The notes beneath the pieces are model-generated. The model was not told the DNA's origin and ran no database searches. It was given only the letters and a program-made list of their open reading frames with translations. This document shows, in pieces, positions 24,957 through 42,004 of a DNA stretch of 64,000 nt. Position 1 is the stretch's first letter, and the number at the start of each line of letters is the position of its first letter. This stretch comes from the human T2T-CHM13v2.0 reference genome, Homo sapiens: NCBI RefSeq assembly GCF_009914755.1, contig NC_060925.1, one strand, 5' to 3'. Made by a program: the position numbers and the translations under genes.

Positions 24957-25960
24957 TCACCTGAGGTCAGGAGTTCGAGACCAGCCTGGCCAACATGGTG
25001 AAACCCCATCTCTACTAAAAATACAAAAATTAGCTGGGCATGGTGGCATGTGCCTATAATCCCAGCTACTTGGGAGGCTGAGGCAGGAGAATGACTTGAA
25101 GTTGGGAGGCGGATCCTGCAGAGCTGAGATCACGCCACTGCACTCTAGCCTGGGTGACAGAGTGAGATTTTGACTCAAAAAAGAAAGAAAAAAGAAAAGT
25201 TATTTCCAACTCTTCTTCCTGAACAATTTGGCCCTAATTAGGCAAAGCAGAGTAAGTAAGGCAGGCACACTTGCCTCATGCTAAGGAGCAAGGTAAGGAG
25301 AGCATCTGTGTAGGAGGGCTGCCTACTGTGGAAGTATCAGAGCCTAAACAAGGTAAGGAGTGCAGTCCCACAGAGGGGTAGCCCAGCATGGGATGTTAGA
25401 GCTTCAGCAGAATGAGGAGGGTATCCAGGCTGATAGATGGCCTGGTGCGGGGTTGTAAGAGTCAGGACAAGGTGAGGAAAGCATCCTAGGAGGGAGCCGA
25501 CTGGCACAGAGTATTGGCAAGTGGACCTTGGGCTTGATTTCAGCTCCTTGGCTGGATGCCTGTGTGTAATGCACAAACTACCCAATCAAACACAGCACCC
25601 TGACTGAATGCTATGCAACTATTAAAAAGGATGAGGTAGAGATCTGTATGCAGATATGCAAAGATGTCCAAAATAAAAGTGGGGAAAAGCAAGTGGAAAA
25701 ACAATTTTCAATACACTTTTTAAAAAGGATATACATATATCTATATACCTGCTATACATACATCTATATACAAGCCCTCCCCTCACACATGCACTGCAAT
25801 AATGTGAATTTGAAAGTTACACAATTGACTCTTATTCTCTGTCCAGCCCCCTTTTCTCAAATGGGGGGTGGGCAGGCTATAGTTCTCTTCCTCAAATTGT
25901 AGGAGATGGGTAGTTAGGAAGCAATCATTTTCTGACCATTTGAACTTTTTCAATTCAGTA

Positions 25961-26093
25961 TAGTAATCCCTTGGTATGTGTGGGGATTGGTTCCAGGACC
26001 TCCTTCGGATACCAAAACCCATAAAGGCTGAAGTCTCTTATATAAAATGGTGTCGAATTTGCATCATAAAACCTACTTACAACTTATAGCCTT

Positions 26094-26124
<31 letters not shown>

Positions 26125-26504
26125 AAAGAGGCAGAGTCTCCTCATTGCCCAACCTGAAGTGTAGTGGCTATTCACAGACACAATCATGGTGCACTACAGC
26201 CTTGAACTCCCGGGCTCAAGTGATTGTCCCACCTCAGCCTCCCAAGTAGCTGGGACTACAGGCCCCATGCCTGGCTCTATCTCCCACATGCTTTAAATAA
26301 TCTCGAGATTACTTATAATACCTAATGCAACGTAAATGCTATGTAAATTACTATTATACTGTATTGCTTAGGGAACAGTGACAAGCAAAAAAAAGTCCAT
26401 ACGTGTTCAGTACAGATGCAACCATCCAGTTTTTTCTGAATCTTTTCGATCCGTGATTGGTTGTATCCACAGGTGCAAAATCCATGGATACAGAAAGCTG
26501 ACTG
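25961..26504. mobile_element. MER2 (TcMar-Tigger) interrupted by an Alu monomer at 26101-26276
   Basis: ggggattggttccaggacc...tataaaatggtgt start and atccatggatacaga...gctgactg end, flanked by TA. Confidence 0.8.
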
Positions 26505-27941
26505 TATATGATCAGTTGTACCAATAAAGTTTTTTTTAACTTCACATTGGTACTTTTTTTTTTGAGACAGAGTCTCACTTTGTCGACCAGGCTGGAGTGC
26601 AGTGGTGCAATCTTGGCTCACTGCAGCCTCTGCCTCCTGGGTTCAATCGATTCTCTTGCCTCAGCCACCCGAGTTACTGGGATTACAGGTGTGCACCACC
26701 ACACGGCTAATTCTGGTATGTTTTTAGTAGAGATCGGGTTTCATCATGTTACCCAGGCTGGTCTTGAACTCCTTAACTCAAGCAATCCGCCTGCCTCAGC
26801 CTCCCCAAGTGCTGGGATTACAGGTGTGAGACACTGTGCCCAGCCTCCTATTAGTACTTTTTATACTATTAATATCAAACCATATTTTTAAAATGTTTTT
26901 TCATTATCCTTATAACAAGACTCAAGATTTTTATAAGATTGAATTTTTTGGTCCCCATTTATTAAATTACGGTGGTTATGCAAGAAATTGTCAACAATGG
27001 TACCAGTGAGAGAACTTGGGGTAGGGAAACAAGTTATTTACTTTTTATTTTATAACTTTTTATAATGATTAAACGTTTTGTGTTTTTTGTTGTTTTTAAA
27101 TGTTATAACAGGATCTGAATGGTGGAATAATGGACCTTTTAAGTGGTATTTGTTGTATTTTTCTATATTAAGTAAAACCCTAGTAAATGTTTTTTAAAAA
27201 TGAACACATATGATGATGCAGAGATATCACTTCCAATAATTTATCCTAATGAATTAAGTAGACAAATTGACAAAGATATATGTACAAGAGGAGATTTAGA
27301 ATATTATATAACTGAGAATAAATTTCCAATAGGTGATGATTAAATGTACCATGGTAAAGCCATACTCTGAAATACGATGAAGTTGTAACATGATCAAGAT
27401 CTATTAAGTAAATGAATGTTATAAAAGGTTGTGTAATATAAATTAACTTTAATCTGTAAGAATAAATAGAATTTATAGTTAATATGGATACGCACCAAAA
27501 AGCTAACAATGATTATCTCTGGGTGATGTAACTATGGTTGAATTTTCTTTTGGTTTATCTGTATTTTCTAATTATAAAAAATAAACAGGCCAGACACGGT
27601 GGCTCATGCCTGTAATCTCAGCCCTTTGGGAGGCTGAGGTGGGTGGATCACGAAGTCAGGAGATCAAGACCATCCTGGCTAACATGGTGAAACCCTGTCT
27701 CTACTAAAAATACAAATAATTAGCCGGGCGTGGTGGTGGGCACCTGTAGTCCCAGCTACTCAGGAGGCTGAGGCAGGGGAATGGCATGAACCCGGGAGGC
27801 AGAGCTTGCAGTGAGCCAAGATCACGCCACTGCACTCCAGCCTGGGCGACAGCCTGGGAGACAGCCGTCTCAAAAAAATAAATAAATAAAAATAAGCATA
27901 AATCACTTTTATAGCATTTGTTTCAAAAGGAGATAACTTAC

Positions 27942-28198
27942 TTTTTAAAGATTCATCAAATACTTATTGAACACCCACTTCATACAGAGTATTGTGAGAA
28001 TTAAAACAGCAAGAACAGTGATTACACTTCATTAAATATTTTGTTAAATACTATGTGCCAATCACTTCAATCACACTATCACAATTAATTTTCATAGCAC
28101 CTCTTTGGGGTACTATATAAGATTAAGTTTTGGTACATACAGCCGGAACTGGAAATAGCAAGTGGTTTAAGCAATACCGATGTTTGTTTCTCTGCCAC
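27942..28198 (-). other. DENND2C: Non-coding 5'-UTR exon (257 nt)
   Basis: Acceptor (T)19 AG|GTGG at 28219-28199 and donor AAA|GTAAGT at 27941-27936; length agrees with my recollection of DENND2C exon 2. Confidence 0.7.
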
Positions 28199-28590
28199 CT
28201 AAAAAAAAAAAAAAAAAAAGACAAAGTAGGCAGTCTAAGATGTCATCAGGTCCCCAGGTGCCTATATTTCTGCTATGCCACCCTCAACATATGGATTCTG
28301 TCTTCAAGATCACTTCATAGTTCACACACGGAGCTCCAGCTATTACATCCACATTCCAGGAAGCAAAAAGGAAAAACGCTCTATTTAAGCAGCCTTCCTG
28401 GAAGTCCCATATAACACTTTTGCTATGGCTTATTGACCAGGACTTAAGTCACATGTACAAACTGCAAGCCAGGCTGGGAAATATAATCTTTAATCATTTT
28501 ATCCTGCAATGTGCCTCAGGTAAACTACTGAGTTCTATTACTTAGAAGAATGGATATTAGATTAGGCAAAAAATCTCTGCCACAAGCAGG
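28110..28590 (-). mobile_element. Old MaLR LTR (MLT1J/K/L-like)
   Basis: ctccagctattacatccacattccagg...ggacttaagtcacatg...gctgggaaat motifs typical of reverse-complement MLT1J-L. Confidence 0.6.
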
Positions 28591-28823
28591 TATTATTATC
28601 CTCATTTGCACACAGAAAACAGAGGTACAGAATCAAATGGTTAAATGGCAGAGCATAATTTGAAAGCTGTCTATATACCTTTCACTACACACTCTGTGTC
28701 CCATTAGAAAATTATATGCATCAAAATAAAATATAAGCACACTCACAGGACATTTATATATGATTAAAGGCAGTTTATTACTAAATGAGATTATTGATAG
28801 ATGAGAAGTCATCTACAAAATGA

Positions 28824-29129
<306 letters not shown>

Positions 29130-29132
29130 TAG

Positions 29133-29246
<114 letters not shown>

Positions 29247-29739
29247 TAACATACATAAAGCACATAAAGTCCACTAATCTTACATGTACAGCTCAAAGAA
29301 CTTTTATATATATATGTATAAATATATATATATATATATATATAATATGTATGTCAGTCATATTGTTGCATATAGCAGTCGGTTTTTCTTCGTTTCTGTA
29401 TACTATTTCATTTAATGGTAATGCCAGTATTTATTTATCCATTCTCCTGTTGACTGATATGTGGACTGTTTCCAGGTTTTGGTTATTACGAAGAAAGCTG
29501 TTCTAAACAATTTTTTTCTTTTTTTTCGGAGATGGGGGTCTTGCTCTGTCATCCAGGCTGGAGTGCAATGGTACAATCACGGCTCACTGCCAACTCAACC
29601 ACCTGGGCTTAAAGTGATCCTCCCACCTCAGCTTCCCAAGTATCTGGGACCACAGGTGTGTGCCACCATGCCTGGCTAATTGTTTAAAAACTTTTTTTGT
29701 AGAAATGGGGTCTTACTATGTTGTCCAAGCTGGTCTTAA

Positions 29740-30120
<381 letters not shown>

Positions 30121-30869
30121 TGAGCCGCCGCACCTGGCCTAAACATTCTTATATGTATCTTTGATAGACACAATCACACTTCTTTTGGGTATTATCTAGG
30201 AGTAGAATTGCTGGGTTATAGAATAGGCATATGTTCTGGGGCTGGAACGCAGTGGTGCAGTCTTGGCTCACTGCAACCTCCACCTCCTGGGTTCAAGCAA
30301 TTCTCCTGCCTCAGCCTCCTGAGTAGCTGGGACTACAGGTGCATGCCACCACACCTGGCTAACTTTTGTATTTTAGTAGGGATGGGGTTTCCCCATGTTG
30401 GCCAGGCTGGTCTCGAACTCCTGACCTCAGGTGATCTGCCCACCTTGGCCTCCCAAAGTGCTGGGATTACAGGCCTGAGCCACCGCACCTGGCCAAGTAG
30501 GCATATGTTTAACTTAAGTGGACACTGCCAGAGTTTTCCAAAGAGGCTGTACTAATTTACACTCTCACCAGCAATATATGAGGTTGCAGTCACTCCTCAG
30601 TCATACTGGAATTGTTAGTCTTTTTAATTTTAGCCATTCTGGTATGTAGTAGCATCTCACTGTGGTTTCCATGTCAACTTTTCAAACTCATTTTTTTCTT
30701 TTGTTTGTTTGTTTGTTTCTTATCGTACCATATTTATTTTTACTTTATTACTATACCATCATATTTTATTTTTTAAGATTATTTTTATACATCATCATGT
30801 TCTGTTAGAATTGAGCTTTATAAACTCCAAAACATTGGTAATCAAGCGTAAGTCAGTTCTCAGACATTT

Positions 30870-32190
30870 TAGGTAAGTCCTCATGTATCACAGATGGCAG
30901 TTTAAGTCACGAAAGTAGACAAAAGATGGTAGAAGTACTATCAATGTGTGGAATCATGGAAGCCAAAGGAAGAGACTCTATCAAGAAGGAAAGAGTGGTC
31001 AACAATTGACAGATACATTGTCAAAAGGTCAAGTAAGATAAAAACTGCAGTGTCTGTTGGTCATTAGGACTTGGACAAGAGCAGGTTCAGTGGCATGGAG
31101 GCTGAAGGAAAATAAGTGAATTGAGAATTGGATGAGAAAAAAGAATGCAAATATCAACTGTAGACAATCCATTCAAGGAGTTTATCCAAATAGACGAATA
31201 GACAATAGAGTGGAGCTGGACAGGAACGTGAAGTCCAGGAAATCTTTCTAAACTTGTTTCTTATACAAGTTTAATCTTGTTCAAACACCAGTGGGAAGGA
31301 GTCGCTAAAGAGGAGAGAAGAAAAGAAACAAGGGTATAAAGCAAAGACCTAAAGAAGGAGAGAGAGCATGGGCCTCCAATGGGACCGGAAAGATTATCAG
31401 CATCTGCCAGGAAGAGGGACAGGTCTTCCACTGGAACTGAAGGTAAATGATAAAAGAAAGATAAGAGTGCAGGTAAATTTCCAGGTTTAGGGGCTATACA
31501 CTGATGAACTTTCCATCTGATGGCTTCTATTTTCTATTTTAACAGCCACAGTTATCTGCTGAGAGTAAAGTGAGAGACAGAAAAGCCAAAGGTTTAAGGA
31601 GAAGGAAGAAGGTTTAAAATAGGAAGTGTGGGGAGAAAAGGTGCAAGAATACACAGGTTCCCTAAGCAGAGAGTTTTCAGAGTTATGAAAAAAACCTTTG
31701 AGAATATTCATCATGATTAGGGACCATAGATAAGAAGAAAAAGCATCAGATAAAGAGTGGGAGAAAGACTGGTGAGAGGTAACAAAACCAGGATAACATC
31801 ATGAGAGGAAAAAATTCTAAAAAGAAAAGAAAGATGCAAACCAGTGTCATACAAGTAAGGAGAATAAAAACTGAGAAACGATCCTTGCATTTGGTAAGAG
31901 GGCATTAAATAAATGGTTTCTAAAGGATGGTGAAGGCAGATAACAGCAAAAATTAAAAAGAAAATTAGTGAGGAAATGGACAAAGTATGAAGACAACATT
32001 TATTTGAAACTCAGTAAGAGGGATAATAAAAACAAAAAGAAGATGCAACTTCAAATGAAACATTTTAAAGTTGGGGAAAATCGATATTTTTTAAAACTGC
32101 AGCAAAAAATAATGAAAGATATAATAAATACATGGAAGAGGGAGGAGAAAGTCTGATGGAAGAAAGGTGCTACGACTCACAAGAGGGTCA
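30870..32190 (-). mobile_element. L2 LINE fragment(s)
   Basis: Purine-rich tcatggaagccaaaggaagag...tcaagaaggaaagagtggtcaac motifs of antisense L2. Confidence 0.6.
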
Positions 32191-32758
32191 AAAGAATGGC
32201 AGTACTACTTTGCAACAGTTCTTTAGTCTTAATACAAAATGATAACTTAGGCAGAGGAGGATTGCTTGAGCCCAGAAGTTCAAGACCAGCCTGAGCAACA
32301 TAGTGAGACCCTGTCTCTGTTTTTAAAATTTTTTAAATGATGATAAGCAATGTCACTTAATCATTCTTCAAACTAAAAGAAGAACTAAGCTGCAAGAATT
32401 CATTCTCTTTTTGGAGTGCACATTAAACTCAGTTATTGATGTGATGCATCGCTTCTCAGTCTTCTGGCTAAGATCAAGTGTATTGATGTGATAGGGCACA
32501 AATGAATCTCTTGGCCAAATATTTTTCTTTAATGTTTCAGGTTTCTCTTCAGGAAAATAACAACTGAAAGTCTGGTAATAGTAATAAGAACTAACAATCT
32601 CTCTATATTTTATTTTGTTCAAACTTTCTTCACTGATAATGCCATGTTCAAGATGCAGTAGTGGCCAGGCGCGGTGACTCACGCCTATAACCCCAGCACT
32701 TTGGGAGGTAGAGGCGGGTGGATCACTTGCGGTCAGGAGTTCGAGACCAGCCTGGTCA

Positions 32759-32923
<165 letters not shown>

Positions 32924-33158
32924 CTACAGAGCTAGACTCTGTCTCAAACAAAACAAAACAAAACAAAAAAAGTGCAGTAGTGATGCTTGAAAGATACAGT
33001 AGCCAGATATAGACAATAGTACCAAGTGTCATTTGTCATAACAATGTCTTTTGGAACCCTTCAGCATATAGCTTCAAAGGTAGTTCACTAGACTGCCAAA
33101 AGCAGCAACTTTGCAAATTTTGTTATTCTAAAATATTGAAAAATATCTGCCCAAGAGA

Positions 33159-33253
33159 TTCCTTTCCTTTCCTTTCCTTTTTCCTTTCCTTTCTTCCTTC
33201 CCTCCCTCCGTCTTCCTTCCTTCCTTCCCTCCCTCCCTCCCTTCCTTCCTTCC
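33159..33253. repeat. Pyrimidine-rich (CCTT/CCTTT/CCCT)n tract, an expanded Alu tail
   Basis: Direct reading; abuts the minus-strand Alu at 33255-33530. Confidence 0.9.
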
Positions 33254-34082
33254 CAAGGTCTTATCCTCTTGCCCAGGATGCAGTGCACTGGCATAATTGC
33301 AACTCACTGTAGCCTCACTCTTTGGGCTTACGCGATCCTTCTACCTCAATCTCCCGGATAGCTAAGACCACAGGAACACATCACCACGCCTGGCTAATTT
33401 TTTGTATTTTTAGTAAAGACTGGGTTTCGCCATGTTGCCTAGGCTGGTCTCAAACTCATGGGCTCAAGTGATACTCCAGCCTCAGCCTTCCAAGTGCTGG
33501 GATTAAAGGCATGAGCCACCATGCCTGACTGAGATTGCCTCTCAGCTAGAAAAATTCTGGATTCATAAAATCTGCTTAGCTCCTTATCTCAACTATCAAA
33601 CTCCAATGTGATATAGTAAATAGGTACAGTTAACTCTGAATATTTTAAAATGTTGGTTACTCAGCAAGCTTCCTTTAATATAATTAACAACTTTCAATAT
33701 ATTCATGAGATTCAGAAAGTTTTCTGTGCATACCAAAGCTTTGCAATATATAAAACAGCAGTTTCAAACACCATTCTTAGCCCTTAGAACAAACAGGACA
33801 GAAACGGAGCCCAGCAGTGACTTGCTGGACAGTATGTTCACCCACACCCAGCCTATTGTTTTTGCTGGAGGGAAAGCTCCAAGCTTTCCTGCTGCCCTGG
33901 ACATTCAGAAGAAAGCAGGAGGATGTCTATACTTTCAGCTGTATTGTTTTGACTACTGGCTGTAAGTTTGCCTGTCTCTAATTCCCTCCCTCCCCTTGAG
34001 TGTTGGAAGGTGCTTTGAGGAGATACTCATTAAAACACACTGTGAGACTTGCACGGGAGGCTGGACAGGGGGAGGGAACACT

Positions 34083-35260
34083 GTTAGTAGCAGCTTCAAA
34101 CAATGCTTAAAATAACTGCTTTATATTTTCTAACCACATTTGCTATTCAATTGCTCATAATTATTTAATAGTTTTTTCCCAGTTTAATTTCTGAGGATCA
34201 ACAATTTATTTTTTAAAATTCTGTAAATATACCCATACAGCTGTGGTTAAATTTAAACAACAAGAAAATCCTGCCGGGCGTGGTGTCTCATGCCTGTAAT
34301 CCCTGCACTTTGGGAGGCCGAGGCAGGCAGATCACAAGGTCAGGAGTTTGAGACCAGCCTGACCAACATGGTGAAACCCTGTCTCTACTAAAAATACAAA
34401 AATCAGCCGGGCATGGTGGCTCGCACCTGTAATCCCAGTTACTCAGGAGGTTGAGGCAGGAGAATCGCTTGAACCCGGGAGGCGGAGGTTGCAGTGAGCC
34501 GGTATTGTGCCACTGTGCACCTGGGCGACAGAGCGAGACTCCGTCTCAAAAAAAAAAAAAAAAAAAAGAAAAGAAAATCCTCCTTATTATCTTCACTACC
34601 TAAAAGCACAGTACAACTTACAATATCAGCGACCCCATCGATTTGGATTGCAAAATCTGCACCAGACTCTACCCATCTTGCAAGCACTGCTGAAATGTCC
34701 AATAATGGTAAAGAATAGAGCTATGTCATCACTAAGAAGTATAATTTTTAATTTCCAGCTGATTTAGCATCAAAAATCATGAGCACAACTTCCATGAATT
34801 ATAGATGAATACTTTTTTCAAGAGATATGTAGCCATTTTTCCCTTATGCCACTGATACACAACTAAATGAGACAATAATCTTTCTCAGGAATGATTCTTG
34901 AATAAATAGGAAACTGAGATAACTTTATCTCTTTTTCTTTCTTTGAAAATATTTGAAAGGGCTTATTTAAAAGTCCAGTATGCTATGTTTCCAAGAATCT
35001 TTTTAACTTTAAAGGTTTTTAATTTTCATTTGCAACATTATATGAAGACATGGGTCTGTCATTTTACTCAGATTTTGCCCATTTGACAAAGCCATATTTT
35101 AAATAATCTTCATTGAAAGTCTTAATAGTTTTTCTCAGGTGACCATTTCCCTCAATATTTTTGTTCTTCCAGATCCAGTCATTGCACATACCTCTGTATT
35201 TTTTACTTCGTTTTTTTCTTCTAATAATGAAACAACAAATTTGAAAGGCAAATTGATCCA
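34083..35260 (-). pseudogene. Decayed hAT-Charlie transposase, FAM200/Charlie9-like, split by an Alu at 34273-34575
   Basis: Minus-strand peptides NEDYLKYGFVK..NDRP..ANEN*KPLKLKRFLET*H, YFQRKKK, IFDAKSA, SGADFAIQIDGVADIVSCTVLL..EDF, CLNLTT, IFTE, KLNWEK are collinear with recalled FAM200B; multiple stops and frameshifts. Confidence 0.75.
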
Positions 35261-36232
35261 ATTTGATTTAAAAATACAATTATCACTAGACTCTTGAAAA
35301 TATCACACTTGACGAATGCAAAGTTCAAAAATAAAATTTGGTTCAACGACTCACCATTTTTAACAACAGCAGACAAAATTCTCCCACTCTTTGCTCAACC
35401 CTGATTTATGTCAATAAAACTATACATTGATAGCTATCACATTACACTCATGATTAAATTGACCATCACTCTAATTCACATAATTTTCCCCTTTTGTTCC
35501 AATTACCCCTTATAGTTTAAATAGGGCCCAGGGAAAAGGAAATTTTCAGTAAATACTGTTGTGGAGCAGCCTATGTCATTTCCTCACAGAAGGCTCTATT
35601 ATTATAGCCTTAATAGATCCTTATTTAATCAGAATATCAAAGAGTACAGATAAATATTTAAATACAAAATTATGCTTTACACTGCTAAGTAACCAATTCA
35701 AACACATCCCACACAGCTGGGAGATTTTGTTTTTTACTCCAACAGAAAAAAAGACAGAGAAAAATGCAAATCCCTTTTAAGTAGCAGCAAAAATAACTCT
35801 CTCTCTCCCCCACCAATCTGTCCCTGAATTTTAACATCCAAACAAAAAATCCGCAAATATGTCATTTCTATGAATTCAAACTTGAAGGAAAAAAAATAAT
35901 AATTTCTCTCCATATCCTTTGTTGTAAATATTTATCACTGCTATGAAAACTACGAAAGTTAGACATTTAACTTTAAAAAGTACAGCACAACCTTCAAATA
36001 ATATAAATGGATTAATATTGCCAGAACTAAATGCTAAAAACTCTGTTTTCACGCCACTAACCAGAAGTCTAAGATTCATAAGAAAAAAAAAAAAATCTTG
36101 AATTTATTCCTCAAAAATAGGGGCCAGGCATAATGGCTTCGTACCCCCAGCGCTTTGGGAGGCTGAGATGGGAGGATCCCGAGGTCGGGAGTTCAAGCCC
36201 AACCTAGACAACGTATTGAGACCCCATCTCTA

Positions 36233-36496
<264 letters not shown>

Positions 36497-37029
36497 TTAA
36501 ATTTTTTTCTCTTATCATCATCTACTTAATCCTTCAGTCTTATAATTTGCTATACTGCTTATAAAGTGAAGACATTATCATGTTTTCTTTTCTTTAGGAT
36601 AAAACTTATTCATTCAGGGCAGAAGAAAAAGAGAATAAAATTCCATCCTGTCCAACCCTCTGGGAACCAGTGCAGAATACCCCTTCAAATTTATCTTTTA
36701 TTTCACCCAGGTTTCAATGTCCCCACTTTCACTGAAGCGAAAAGATCAATGTTTTATTGATTCAGTAAAGAACACTGAATATCAAAAAACATTTTTCAAA
36801 CATACTTTTTTATTCTGACTCTGTACAAGTTAATCTATTTCTCTGTATCTAAAGTTCCAAACCAGTAAAGGGAGTATTTTCCATTTAAATGAGAAATGGG
36901 GGATGAATGAAAATGTTTTAATTATTTTAAGAAATGTACTAGAATTTAAAAACAGGAGGTATGATTTCGAAGAACCATGATTTTTTTTTTCTAAACCAAG
37001 CTTACGAATTCAAATATTTCAAAGATCCG

Positions 37030-37543
<514 letters not shown>

Positions 37544-37928
37544 TAATTTTTTAAAATTTTTTGTAGAGACGAGGTCTCCTTATGTTGCTCAGGCTGGTCT
37601 AGAACTCCTGGGCTCAAGTGATCTTCCCATCTTGGCCTCCCAACGTGCTGATTATAGGCATGGGGACACAGTCTTTTGTTGTTTTTTAAGCTTTGTCTAT
37701 GACTTCCAAGAACTAAAGATCCAGTGATGGGATAGGAATATGCTTTCGAAGCTTTGATTGATTGTGAACGGAAGCTGGGCACAGTGGCTCATGCCTGTAA
37801 TCCTAACACTTGGATAGGCTGAGGCAGAAGGAGTGCTTAGGCCCAGAAGTTTAAGATCAGAATGGGCAACACAGTGAAACCCCATCTCTACAAAAGAAAA
37901 AAATTTATGTATTTATTTATTTATTTAA

Positions 37929-38186
<258 letters not shown>

Positions 38187-38194
38187 TAGGATTA

Positions 38195-38560
<366 letters not shown>

Positions 38561-38871
38561 TTAGCAGGGGGTGGTGGTGCATGCCTGTAGTCCTAGTTTC
38601 TCAGGAGACTGAAGCAGGAGGATCCCTTGAGCCCAAGAGGTCCAGGCTGCAGTGAGCTATGATTGCATCACTGTATTCCAGCCAGGGTAGCAGAGCAAGA
38701 CCCTGTCTCTTGAAAAAAAAAAAAAAAAGTAAATAAGTTATATGTGCCATGCAAATAAAGAGACAGAAAAACAATTCCATAATAAAGCCAGAAGATCTAC
38801 GTTCTTGTGTAGCTGTGAATTTGCTATAAAGCTTTTTACAAAGAGAAGCTCCAATAATACTTTGGGCAATA

Positions 38872-39083
38872 CAGACAGTCCCTGACTTAATGATGGTTTA
38901 AATTAACAATTTTTCAACTTTATGATGGTGCCAAAGCAGTATGTGCTCAGTACCCTCCTTAACTTATGATGGGGTTACATTCGGATAAACCCTTCGTAAG
39001 TTTATCACATGTTGACTAACAATATTTTCAACTTATGATGGGTTTATTCAGACATAACCCTATCGAAAATTGAGGAGCATCTG
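38872..39083. mobile_element. TcMar-Tigger MITE (MER47/Tigger5-like)
   Basis: TA-CAGA...TCTG-TA ends, repeated acttatgatggg units. Confidence 0.7.
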
Positions 39084-39259
39084 TACTTCTGGAATAAATG
39101 AGTGACTTCCAAATGAAATTTTAAAAGAACAGGACTCATTTGGATGTAAAAGTTGTTCAACTTTCAATTAAAATCCATTTCATTGCTTTATAATAATAAT
39201 TTGTTGGACAAAATTAGCATAGATAAATAATTCCTTCTACTTACATAAAGCAAATCATT

Positions 39260-40850
<1,591 letters not shown>

Positions 40851-41189
40851 CTGAGAACAGATATTTTTAACTTCTTAATGAAAGAAGTTATGAGGTGCTT
40901 TTTAATGAAAAATAAGCACCTCATATTGTTAAGATAATGCCATAACTGTTGTTACTGAGGGACTGAGAGCTTAGAATCAACCCCATGTCATTCACTGGCA
41001 ACAATAACAAAAAAAGGGTTCCCACAGATAAACTATAATTACATCGTTTTAATTGCAATAAAACTGGTATTGCAATACCAGTTTATTTTTTCCTCTTTCT
41101 TTCCTTCTTTTTGAAATAGTTTTTTATAGACCTCTTTTTAAAATACCTATTAGATGTCATTTGTATCTCACTCACAGAATTTGAAACTC

Positions 41190-41440
41190 AGTATAGCGCA
41201 AAGGTTACAATCAGGTCCTTGGAGAATGACTGATTTGAATCCTACTTTTGCTATCTAGGTTGTCTAATCATGGGCAAGTTACTCAACCTCTCTATGCCTC
41301 TTAATGAGATAATCATAATAACATCCCTCATGGTGCTGTTGTGAGGATTAAGTAAGCTAATACATGTAAAGAATTTAGAATACTGCCTGGCACAGAATAG
41401 GTACCAATGAATGATAGCTGATGTTGTTATTGTTACCATC
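41190..41440 (+). mobile_element. MIR SINE
   Basis: tgggcaagttactcaacctctctatgcctc core, gtgaggattaa...tgcctggcacag. Confidence 0.75.
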
Positions 41441-41959
41441 CGCTTTAAAAACAGCTTTTGTTTTTTCAGTACTTATTTTAGCCCACTTGGTAGAATGGAA
41501 TCTCCTAGATGACAGGAATTACATACTGCTCTTACATAAATATAATCTTGTGCCTATTGTGTAGTAGGCCCTCAAAAAACAATGTGAATGTAAGGTTTCA
41601 GACCTCCAAGATCAAGAAATTGTAAATCACAGAAAAATTTATACATGGAGTACGTTTAAAACTCATGTTTTAAAGTAGCTTCAAAAGACCCATCCTCCAC
41701 TGAATTGCTGAAACATGTTTAAGTAAAACTTCTAAAGCAACACACACAAAAATTACATTCACTAGTAACTTTCCCTCTACTACTTCATTTAATTTGATCT
41801 TGGTATCCAGTGGTCTAAAATTCTTGCCTATAACTTAAGACTCACTACAGACCATTTAAAAGTAATATAATTTCCAGCTTTAGAAAACTGCTTATTGTCA
41901 TTAAGAAAAATAAATATTCTTCCTTTATTGCTGCATTTAAAAAACGTACTGCCACATTC

Positions 41960-41960
<1 letters not shown>

Positions 41961-42002
<42 letters not shown>
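41961..42002. repeat. (AC)21 microsatellite
   Basis: Direct reading. Confidence 0.95.
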
Positions 42003-42004
<2 letters not shown>

